In this document: one piece after another, positions 1 to 7,836 of the stretch
How the letters are laid out: every line of letters begins with the position of its first letter
Position numbering within the stretch: the stretch's first letter is position 1
IMG/VR virus record: IMGVR_UViG_3300035187_001477
Origin: an uncultured virus (IMG/VR IMGVR_UViG_3300035187_001477)
Taxonomy: Duplodnaviria; Heunggongvirae; Uroviricota; Caudoviricetes; Crassvirales
Reading direction: 5' to 3' (one strand)
Length of the DNA stretch: 20,000 bases
Translations under genes and position numbers: made by a program
Notes under the pieces: model-generated
Database searches by the model: none
Told to the model about the DNA's origin: nothing
The model's input: only the letters and a program-made list of their open reading frames with translations

Positions 1-2804
1 TCGATGGTAGCACCCTCAAGGTCTACAGCGTTTGATATTTCTACAATCCTTTCACCTTTATTATTCTCATACCCACCAATAAACTCAAGGACGTTGGTCT
101 TGATACCAAGTAAACTGCCAATATCTGCAAGTGTTTGCAGGTATCCCTTATACGCAGGAGACTCTCTTAATGCTGCAGCTTCTGAGGTAGACCCAACTTG
201 TGTGTTAAAGAATGGAGCTACATTTACCCGTGTCTTTGAAGACACTTTTTGAAGAGCATCTAATTCGTTAAGAGCTTCATCCACTGCTATGGTTTGATCT
301 CCAATAGTGATGGTCTCTTGATCATCTTCTACAGCAGCGAGCGCTTTGATTAGCGCATCTTTCCTTTCTTGTTGTTCGGGGCTGAGGACTTTTTCACCCT
401 CTTGGGTAATGACTTCAAGTCCTGTTTTGGGTTCTCCTTGCGCCAACGCTTCGCTATCTCCGGGTGTTGGCTGAACAGATACTTGACCTGCTGCTTGCTT
501 TTGAATGGCATCTTGTGATATTTTAGTTAGTTGTTCATTAATAGCTTTTACTCTTTCTCTTTGTGGTACGGTAAGCGCTTCGTCTTTCCCATCAATCTGA
601 CGCTCCAAGTCACGCTTCTCTTTAAGTAAGTTCATAGCCTCCTTCTTTCCCTGCAAATCAAGGTTGGGAGGAAGTGAATTGAATAAACCAACAGCATTGC
701 GGTAATCGTTGAGTGTCTCTTTGGCTTCAGCCATAGTAAGCTCACCTGTATTCACCTTGTTCTGAAGGCTTATGATAAATGCTTTTTCAATCTTTGTATC
801 GTTGGCTGCTGCTTCAAACAACTCAAACTGTGTGTCGCTCATACCCAAAAATCCCTGCTTACGATAAGCAGCAGAAAATCCCGGCAGCGTTCCAATAATA
901 GCACCACCTACTGCTTCCTGTGCACCGGCATACGCAGCGTTTCTAACGTAATCCATAACACTCTCAGGGGTCTCAAACATCTGCTTACCCTTGACAGCAT
1001 TGTATACATCTTTAAGTCCTGACTCAGCAAGTTCTTGTGCAGCACCGGTCTCTGCCTCAGCAAGAGCACCTCCTACAACAACAAGAGTTCCACGAGCAAG
1101 ACCACTCTTTACTTCATTCTTTATTAGTTCATTAAAAGTTCTTGCAGATGTTGTACCACCTGCTTTACCTAATGCTTTTACAACAAGACCATTAAGTAAG
1201 CCTTTGTTTGCTAACACGTTTCTAAAACCTATAGCCTCGAGCGTACCAACAGCCGCACCAATTGGAAGAGTAACAGCAAGCTTTTCATTTTCAGATATGT
1301 TATCGAACTCAGGGTTGTTTGCCATCTCTTCGTTTAGATTGTCACTTACCTGAGCATACATCTGAGCCGTGCGTTGCGCCCATCCAACAGGACCTGAACC
1401 ACCCATCATTGCAGGGACAGACTTAGCAAGACCCAATACTGCGCCTCCCCAAAATCCCTCATTCTTTAAGTCTTCCCACTGAGTAGTAGTGCTTGAGTCT
1501 CCATATACAATTCTGTTTCCTTTTCTTATTGGTTCAAGCCATCCACCTTCACGCTTACCTGTTTTGGGGTTTACTTCTCCATACAGTACTGCTTTCTTCG
1601 CTTCATCCTCAACCTCGTCATCTATATCATCCATTACTCCGCTTGGTAATTTATTTTTCCAAGCTTCAAATTCTTCTTGACTTTTTAATTCACCAAGAGA
1701 AAATCTTGGTGGCTGATACCCCATCCTCTTGGCTTTCTCAATAACAGCAGCCCGATACTCATCACGCCCCATCAACATTTCTTTTGGAAGCAACTCTGCT
1801 TCCAAATTTGTAATAAGCGAAAAGGCTGTAGATGATATTGATGCTGCCCCATCTAAGAAGGCATTTGCTATACCACCATACCAAGTCCCCTGTTGAGCTT
1901 TTTGCTCTGTGTATTTGCCGACAGCTTGATTAAGCACTCCCATCCGATTCTTAATATCGGTTTCGGTAGCCATAGCACCGGTTACTTCTTTATTAAAATT
2001 TAGTTTGTTTTCATTAAGTTTTTGAAAACGCTCTTGAAAGGCAGGATTATTTCGCTGTGCTGATGGTGTAGAATTGATTGCGTTTTCTTCTGCCTCTATT
2101 TCTTTCTTTCTCTTTAATAACTCTTGCGTTCTTAATCTGAAAGCATACTCTTCCTCTTGCATCTTCTTGGTGACATCTTCAACCTCTTTCTCTGTAGTGT
2201 ATTTTTTATTGGCAGTAGTATACTCTTTTTCAAGAGTCTGTAAGTTATTTATGGTAGCAGAGTTCTCTCTTAAAAACTTTCTAAGAGCCTCAGACTCTTC
2301 CTTGTCTCCTGCTGTAGTCCAATTATCTAATGAGATTCTTGCTTTCTTTCCATTGGGAGCAGTAACATCTACAAAATCTCTTCCGGGTACAGCTTCATCA
2401 AACTTGAAACCCATAGGTCCAAATTGATAGCGCAGTTGAGGGACGACATATTCCTCTCCCTTGTCAATTAAGTCAGGGCTGATAGCAGCGAGTTGCTCTT
2501 CGACAAAATTAGGAAGCTTCGTAGGTGATACCAATGAACCACCTGCCGAAGGTAATGCCGTAGTGACTTTTTTTTTAGAAGGGTCCTCTGCTGTTGCAGC
2601 TACTTGAGGAGTAGCCGGCATAGCAGATAAGTACTGCTTAGTAAAATCAGTCTTAGGTTTTGTGTATAAACCATCCCTATTAAGAACACCGTACACTTTC
2701 TCTTGATATGCAGCATCCTTGAACTTTGTCTTGAAAGCATCATAGTCCTGAGTAAAGTATCCTTTCTCTACAAGTAAGTCGTATAGTTTTTGTAACTCGT
2801 CCAT
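1..2804 (-). CDS. Giant virion/ejection protein (gp16-like position, possibly polyvalent), >934 aa, 3' end beyond the window
   Basis: Hand translation from ATG at 2804 (MDELQKLYDLLVEKGYFTQDYDAFKTKF...) stays open to the window edge (...EISNAVDLEGATI). It is absent from the ORF track, consistent with having no stop inside the window. It has an A-rich start context (AAAAAAAATCTAATG), coiled-coil-like stretches and Gly/Ala-rich hydrophobic segments, and is the third of three genes after the GNAT-like gene. Confidence 0.85.
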   Translation of the reverse strand, partial: MDELQKLYDLLVEKGYFTQDYDAFKTKFKDAAYQEKVYGVLNRDGLYTKPKTDFTKQYLSAMPATPQVAATAEDPSKKKVTTALPSAGGSLVSPTKLPNFVEEQLAAISPDLIDKGEEYVVPQLRYQFGPMGFKFDEAVPGRDFVDVTAPNGKKARISLDNWTTAGDKEESEALRKFLRENSATINNLQTLEKEYTTANKKYTTEKEVEDVTKKMQEEEYAFRLRTQELLKRKKEIEAEENAINSTPSAQRNNPAFQERFQKLNENKLNFNKEVTGAMATETDIKNRMGVLNQAVGKYTEQKAQQGTWYGGIANAFLDGAASISSTAFSLITNLEAELLPKEMLMGRDEYRAAVIEKAKRMGYQPPRFSLGELKSQEEFEAWKNKLPSGVMDDIDDEVEDEAKKAVLYGEVNPKTGKREGGWLEPIRKGNRIVYGDSSTTTQWEDLKNEGFWGGAVLGLAKSVPAMMGGSGPVGWAQRTAQMYAQVSDNLNEEMANNPEFDNISENEKLAVTLPIGAAVGTLEAIGFRNVLANKGLLNGLVVKALGKAGGTTSARTFNELIKNEVKSGLARGTLVVVGGALAEAETGAAQELAESGLKDVYNAVKGKQMFETPESVMDYVRNAAYAGAQEAVGGAIIGTLPGFSAAYRKQGFLGMSDTQFELFEAAANDTKIEKAFIISLQNKVNTGELTMAEAKETLNDYRNAVGLFNSLPPNLDLQGKKEAMNLLKEKRDLERQIDGKDEALTVPQRERVKAINEQLTKISQDAIQKQAAGQVSVQPTPGDSEALAQGEPKTGLEVITQEGEKVLSPEQQERKDALIKALAAVEDDQETITIGDQTIAVDEALNELDALQKVSSKTRVNVAPFFNTQVGSTSEAAALRESPAYKGYLQTLADIGSLLGIKTNVLEFIGGYENNKGERIVEISNAVDLEGATI
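350..511 (-). CDS. Nested small basic protein, 53 aa (MPFKSKQQVKYLFSQHPEIAKRWRKENPKQDLKSLPKRVKKSSAPNNKKGKMR)
   Basis: ATG at 511-509 and TAA at 352-350, in the +1 frame of the giant ORF. The upstream context is A-rich (ACTAAAATATCACAAG-ATG, A at -3). From memory it resembles small phage proteins beginning MPFKSxxQ. Confidence 0.6.
   Translation of the reverse strand: MPFKSKQQVKYLFSQHPEIAKRWRKENPKQDLKSLPKRVKKSSAPNNKKGKMR
2568..2576 (-). other. A9 slippery site (A_AAA_AAA), candidate -1 frameshift or transcriptional slippage site
   Basis: Minus strand reads TCT AAA AAA AAA GTC. The -1 frame continues SHYGITFGRWFIGITYEAS to a TAA at 2511-2509. Confidence 0.5.
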
Positions 2805-2822
2805 TAGATTTTTTTTGTTCTG

Positions 2823-4652
2823 TTAATCCAATTCACCTTTTAAGATTCCCTTACCCTCAAGACCTTTTAAGAATATAACTTGATCTTCTGCAGATGCGCC
2901 CGGAACATTTGAAAGCATAAATGCTCTTATTTTTTCGGCTGCCTTTGCAGGATCACTTAAGTATATTGCAGAAGATGATTTGCCATCAGAATTTGTTAAT
3001 ACAATTGCATCAGACCCAATAACAGCTTCTCTAACGCTAAACCCAAGCTCATTAAACTTCGCTTCGTTTGCAGAAATAAAATCAGTTTCATCTGTTGGTT
3101 GATTAGCACCTGAGAATACCGTTTTAAGGTGGTCTGCATACATCTTGTTAGGGTCACCTGTTTTCTTAGGACCTGTAGAAGTAGCCTTAGCTTCCCCTGC
3201 TTGGAATGTTGTAGTCTTAGTTTGAAGTGCACCCTTTACAACTTCGTTAACATCAACTGTTCCTCCAAGAAGTAGAGGAGCTGCTGAACGAACAAAGTCT
3301 TGTTGAGTCATCATCTCTCCCGTGTTAGCGTTCTTGAATGGAATAGCTTTAGTCGAACCATCATTAAAGGTAATGCTAACTCCATCATTAGTTCTACTTA
3401 CATCTTTTACATTTGGCATACCATAGAAGTGGTTGATAGCAGCTTGTTGTTCTGCAGGAGTACCACTATATAGTTTAGCCAACATATTACCTGATGTCTG
3501 AGCGCTTTTCTTTTGATCACCTCTTTCATAAACGTATTGAGGAGGATAGTAAGTAGGCTCTTTTCGTGGCTGACTGAACGGTTGCACTTCAGTTTTCTGC
3601 TCAAGCATACTACGAAACTTATTTTTAGTATACTCTTCAGCAGTCTTTAACTGATCCTTGCCATTCTGTGTGCTCTCAAAGTCAGGTTGAAATACACCAT
3701 CCTTATGAGACCACAATATATAATGAGAGCTTGAATTTGCTACGTTAGGGTCCGTTGTAACCTGATAAGCTTTGCCTGATTTAGGGTCAATGCCTCCGGT
3801 CCAATCAAACAATATGGAAGATACGTGCGCAGGGTTAGATAGTTGCGCCTGTACAATAAGTTTTTCGCTTTCAATATATTTGTCGACAGCTTGCTGTCCT
3901 TCTTGACTAAGACCAACACGTTTAGTTGGGTCTGTAACCTTGGTAAGGAAGCCTGTCTGAGTTGCACTACCTGTAGAAGTAACAACCTCCTTTACCACAT
4001 CGCCTAATAATTTTGCCTCTTGACTTAGGTTTTCATTCAGAGCGTACTTGTCAATCTTTTCTTTGATACGGTTACGCAGTTGGTTTACCGTCATATAATT
4101 GTCGGGACCTTCAGCAAGAGTCTTAACACCATTTTTATCTACCATCTTACCAATGCTGATAGCACCGGTAGTTGGATTAATCAAAGCTTTGGTTTGACCA
4201 AGGTTTGCAAATCCTTCAACCATTGCCATAAACTGAGTCTCAGCTTCTGAGCTTTCACCCTTCTGCCTACGCTCTGTCTTTACAGAAAACTCATCTTGAT
4301 ATTCTTTCGCAAGGTCAAACATTCTTTTAGTTCCATCCTTGCTATTCTGACGAATGAGCGCATAGTCTTTAGGTTTCATTTGACCCGACTTAAGAAGTCT
4401 GTCTGTAAGAAGTCTATACTGCTGCATATCACCGGCATAGTCTGTAATGTACTTATTTACATCATCAGACAATCCTTGTGGTGCGTTCTCAAGTTCTTCA
4501 CCAAACTGACGAGACGCATCATCAAGAGCCTTCTTTTTTGCTTCACGAAGTGATGCCTCTTGCTTTAGAGTATTGGTTAATTGACTACCAACCTCCGACC
4601 AATCTATCTGATTCTTGGCTTCCCGTTCAGCGTATTTGTAATATGTTGCCAT
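2823..4652 (-). CDS. Putative internal virion/ejection protein (gp15-like position), 609 aa
   Basis: Long ORF tightly coupled to the upstream gene (TAA TAA ATG). Helical, charged N-terminus. Synteny matches podovirus ejection-protein clusters. Confidence 0.6.
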   Translation of the reverse strand: MATYYKYAEREAKNQIDWSEVGSQLTNTLKQEASLREAKKKALDDASRQFGEELENAPQGLSDDVNKYITDYAGDMQQYRLLTDRLLKSGQMKPKDYALIRQNSKDGTKRMFDLAKEYQDEFSVKTERRQKGESSEAETQFMAMVEGFANLGQTKALINPTTGAISIGKMVDKNGVKTLAEGPDNYMTVNQLRNRIKEKIDKYALNENLSQEAKLLGDVVKEVVTSTGSATQTGFLTKVTDPTKRVGLSQEGQQAVDKYIESEKLIVQAQLSNPAHVSSILFDWTGGIDPKSGKAYQVTTDPNVANSSSHYILWSHKDGVFQPDFESTQNGKDQLKTAEEYTKNKFRSMLEQKTEVQPFSQPRKEPTYYPPQYVYERGDQKKSAQTSGNMLAKLYSGTPAEQQAAINHFYGMPNVKDVSRTNDGVSITFNDGSTKAIPFKNANTGEMMTQQDFVRSAAPLLLGGTVDVNEVVKGALQTKTTTFQAGEAKATSTGPKKTGDPNKMYADHLKTVFSGANQPTDETDFISANEAKFNELGFSVREAVIGSDAIVLTNSDGKSSSAIYLSDPAKAAEKIRAFMLSNVPGASAEDQVIFLKGLEGKGILKGELD

Positions 4653-4655
4653 TTA

Positions 4656-5432
4656 TTAAAACTTGAATGATTTTCTTAAATCCTTTAAGTAATCGGGACT
4701 TAAGCCTCCCATAAAAGCTTGGAACTCGAGTGGGTTCATACCACCAACACCGGCTAAGTTCCCAAACGTAGGCGATGCTGCACCAAATTCAGCAAGCTTT
4801 TGTTGAAATTGATCTTGAGTAAGCCCTGCTTTTTCTGCACCTCCTGCTAATTTACCAAATTGTTTTGCACCTGCTGATTTAGAGTACAATGGAGCCATAC
4901 TTGCTACCTGACCTGCCATACTTACTACACCTTCCAATGCTTGTTTGGTTGCTGCTTGAGACCTTGTCTCAGCTTCTCTCGCTTTTAACTGAGCACCCTC
5001 AACTTCTGCAAGATCAAGACCCATACCTACATCACGAAGTCTGCTATCTTCAGCGGCTTCAAGTTTATCAAGCGCCTGCATCTCACCACCCATTTGTGTA
5101 GCAATATCACGCTGTGCTTTTTCAGCACCCAAGAATACACGTCCTGCAGTAGCTGCTGAACCACGCTCGCTTTCTTGACCTGCCTCAATAGCTTGAGCTG
5201 CAGTAGAAGTAACGGCTTCACGAGCAAGCTCGTATGGTTCTTTTTGAATACCCAACTGCTCGTAGAAGTTTACGTCAAGTTTTTTACGAGCGTCAGCCAT
5301 AAACTTAGCTGCATCTGCTTCAGCTTTTTTCTGAATTTTACGTTGCTTTGATGCTTGCGAAAATGATGCCGCAGTAGTTCCTGCAGTAGCTGCTAAGCCT
5401 ATACCTGCTGCAATGGTTGTGAAAGCTGCCAT
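4656..5432 (-). CDS. Putative small ejection protein (T7 gp14 / P22 gp7-like position), 258 aa
   Basis: Hydrophobic Ala/Gly-rich N-terminus (MAAFTTIAAGIGLAATAG) followed by an Ala/Gln/Lys-rich helical region. It directly follows the GNAT-like gene. Confidence 0.65.
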   Translation of the reverse strand: MAAFTTIAAGIGLAATAGTTAASFSQASKQRKIQKKAEADAAKFMADARKKLDVNFYEQLGIQKEPYELAREAVTSTAAQAIEAGQESERGSAATAGRVFLGAEKAQRDIATQMGGEMQALDKLEAAEDSRLRDVGMGLDLAEVEGAQLKAREAETRSQAATKQALEGVVSMAGQVASMAPLYSKSAGAKQFGKLAGGAEKAGLTQDQFQQKLAEFGAASPTFGNLAGVGGMNPLEFQAFMGGLSPDYLKDLRKSFKF

Positions 5433-5433
5433 A

Positions 5434-5844
5434 TTACAATACTTTTATTAGTTCACCTATATACCCATCGCCTAAGATATACCCTAATTCTTTATAGGTA
5501 TCCTTTAGCCCCGGGTGTTTTATCAAAGCATAAGAATATTTATGCCCTGTATTTCTACAAATATTAGTCAATGTTTCGACCAATAGTTTTATTGCCTCAC
5601 TTCTCTCCGGTTTCTTTCTATACTCCTTGTTGGATATTATCCAATCAACCCACGCAACCTTTGAGTTCGTGGTGTATATAAATCCTGCACACACCGGCTC
5701 ATCTTCATCAAGCACCATTATGCCACCCTTACCATCATCAGGTAAGAAATCTCGTTGAGCAGGCTCCCATCCCCATTCCTTCCACCACCCTACTAACGTA
5801 GAATCATAATCATTTTCGTTCAATGGTCGTACAATAAATGCCAT
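5434..5844 (-). CDS. GNAT-fold (acetyltransferase-like) protein, 136 aa
   Basis: GNAT-like pattern: 'IVRPLNENDY' at the start, 'PVCAGFIY', 'WIISNKEYR' and 'YKELGY' near the end. Its position is equivalent to T7 gp13 / P22 gp14. Confidence 0.65.
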   Translation of the reverse strand: MAFIVRPLNENDYDSTLVGWWKEWGWEPAQRDFLPDDGKGGIMVLDEDEPVCAGFIYTTNSKVAWVDWIISNKEYRKKPERSEAIKLLVETLTNICRNTGHKYSYALIKHPGLKDTYKELGYILGDGYIGELIKVL

Positions 5845-5849
5845 CTATA

Positions 5850-5857
5850 CAAAGATA
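5850..5857 (-). promoter_or_regulatory. Bacteroidota sigma-A -7 promoter element (TATCTTTG)
   Basis: Matches TAnnTTTG in the intergenic gap, 5 nt upstream of the GNAT-like ATG. No clear -33 TTTG. Confidence 0.55.
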
Positions 5858-5865
5858 TTGAAAAA

Positions 5866-6672
5866 TTAAGGATAACTTTTCATCACTTCTGACTCTACGG
5901 CAAAGAGTTCTACCTGACTAACACTATTGTTTTCAAGGTTGAAAACGCAGTAGTGTCCGAGGACACCGTGCGATTCTGCCACAGCGTTTTTGATAAACAT
6001 TATGTACGGGTTCTGTATAGCCGGGATGGTAGCTCCGGGTATGGTCGTATCCACCGTAATCCTGTTAAGGTTGGATGGATAGTTCTGCTGAATATTGGTC
6101 ACCCTCCCGAACAGCAAAGGCGTATTGTAAGTTGGGGGCAGGCTATAGTATAGCATATCCCCGATGCTTATGATACTACCTATTGATATAGGGCTTGCTC
6201 CGATCGCAAAATTGACCTGAACGGCTGACCCTGTACCGGTAATGGTAGTGCTCCTACCTATACCATTGGTAAGCCTAAGAGCGTACTCAGAAGGCTGTGC
6301 CGGTGTAGTACCTGCGTTACGGACAAAGGCAAAGAAAGAGGCTTCCTTCTTTTCAAAGTAGCTGCCTTGAATAAAGCCATCGTCCATTAAGTCGGTCACC
6401 ATTGTTACGGACCAAGGAGCATCACCTTCTAAGTTGATGGTTTTGAATAGCTTATTCTCAAGCGGAGACTCATTGAATACGCTTTGTATACGTGATGGGT
6501 ACTGCACTCCGTAAAAGTTATTACGGGTGTTGTTTACGTTGTGCCTATACAGGTTTCCACCCTTAAACGTATAGAAGTAGTTATTCATCCCGATCATCCA
6601 ATCAGGCAAAAAGGAATAGAAGGATGCCCATCCTTCTACCCCTTCACTATATGTTAGTGTATATGCTGCCAT
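5866..6672 (-). CDS. Tail protein resembling the C-terminal part of the stabilization/muzzle protein, 268 aa
   Basis: Begins TLTYSEGVEGWASFYSFLPDWMIGMNNYFYTFKGGNLYRHN, contains FNESPLENKLFKTINLEG and FEKKEASFFAF, and ends ELFAVESEVMKSYP. These motifs are recalled from the C-termini of crAss-like stabilization proteins. Confidence 0.65.
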   Translation of the reverse strand: MAAYTLTYSEGVEGWASFYSFLPDWMIGMNNYFYTFKGGNLYRHNVNNTRNNFYGVQYPSRIQSVFNESPLENKLFKTINLEGDAPWSVTMVTDLMDDGFIQGSYFEKKEASFFAFVRNAGTTPAQPSEYALRLTNGIGRSTTITGTGSAVQVNFAIGASPISIGSIISIGDMLYYSLPPTYNTPLLFGRVTNIQQNYPSNLNRITVDTTIPGATIPAIQNPYIMFIKNAVAESHGVLGHYCVFNLENNSVSQVELFAVESEVMKSYP

Positions 6673-6675
6673 AGT

Positions 6676-7836
6676 TTAACATTGTACTGATGAATAAGCT
6701 GTTATCTCTCCCCCTCCGCTCATATCCCAATTTGCAGAAGCAAACACAAATAGCTCGAGAACAGGACTTGTCATTGCCGCATCCCAAAATAAGTTGCATC
6801 CTACATTAGGTGTTGGACAATCGCAGTATAGAATCTTAGGGTTTGTGCCTGCATCAGAACAAGCTGCAGCGGCACTTACATTGCTTACTCCGCATCCTCC
6901 AATAGAATAAGACCCTCCACCTGAGCAAGGTCCAATTGCCACAATAACACCATTGGCATCTACCTGAAACCAATCGTTAGTTGTTCCTGCAACAGCGGTA
7001 TGATAGTATCCGGCAGTAAGCTTAAACTCACCGTTAGGGTCACTGAATACTAAATCGTATAGCCCAAGTGTCCCTGCACCGCCTGTAACATAAGCTACAT
7101 AATATCCTACAGTAATTCCTAATGCACAAGCAGCGGTATTAGTTGCAGCCATTGGAGATGCCTCAAAAACAGGTAAAGCTGCAGGGCAAGCAACTGACAA
7201 ATCAAATGCTGTTCCTGAGCAGGGACCAATGAATGTCAAGTCAAGTATAGATGGTGCAGCGGTTGTTTTTGGTATTACCATTACGCAATTACCGGGACCT
7301 CCTACTGTTAAATCCATTTGCCCTGACAAAACACTAACTGTTGTAGTCGTACCTAATGAAGAAAAAGTTGTTCCGTTATACTCATATTCGTCAAGAGTAT
7401 GAGGAGAACCTGAAACAATATTACAATCTGCAGATGTAGCTCCAATATACGTAGGAAGACCTGCGCTACCTTGTAACCATCCGTATGATGGAGAAGATAG
7501 ACCATTGTAAGATATACTATTAAACACAGCTAATACGCCATCCGGCACGCTGTATGGATCAAACGTAACTACAACAGCGCCTGTGTCAGTTCCTAAGTCT
7601 ATTCCTACATAGTATATACCCTGTTGTCCCGATGCTGCTATTGATCCCCCACAAGGAGTAGCACAAGATGGGCAAGAGGTCTGAGGCAGTAATACACCCG
7701 ACACTTGCTCACGCACAATTGTACCATCTGAGTAAAACCCATCAGGCGCAACCGTGGTCAGATTAACATCGGTATAAATAATTGTAGCTGACGCAAGAGA
7801 TGGCGCATCTACGTAAAAAGTTCCTTGTGTTGCCAT
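6676..7836 (-). CDS. Cys/Gly/Thr-rich beta-structured virion (tail accessory/fibre-like) protein, 386 aa
   Basis: The N-terminal ~58 aa are paralogous to the 81 aa ORF. It carries CPSC, AAC and CDC motifs and very few basic residues. Confidence 0.6.
   Translation of the reverse strand: MATQGTFYVDAPSLASATIIYTDVNLTTVAPDGFYSDGTIVREQVSGVLLPQTSCPSCATPCGGSIAASGQQGIYYVGIDLGTDTGAVVVTFDPYSVPDGVLAVFNSISYNGLSSPSYGWLQGSAGLPTYIGATSADCNIVSGSPHTLDEYEYNGTTFSSLGTTTTVSVLSGQMDLTVGGPGNCVMVIPKTTAAPSILDLTFIGPCSGTAFDLSVACPAALPVFEASPMAATNTAACALGITVGYYVAYVTGGAGTLGLYDLVFSDPNGEFKLTAGYYHTAVAGTTNDWFQVDANGVIVAIGPCSGGGSYSIGGCGVSNVSAAAACSDAGTNPKILYCDCPTPNVGCNLFWDAAMTSPVLELFVFASANWDMSGGGEITAYSSVQC

Noticed and set aside
2996..5227. 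Alternative-frame minus-strand ORFs inside the 609 aa and 258 aa genes
   Set aside because: They have the Leu/Gln/Lys-rich composition typical of off-frame reads, no convincing start context and no family resemblance, unlike the 350-511 ORF.
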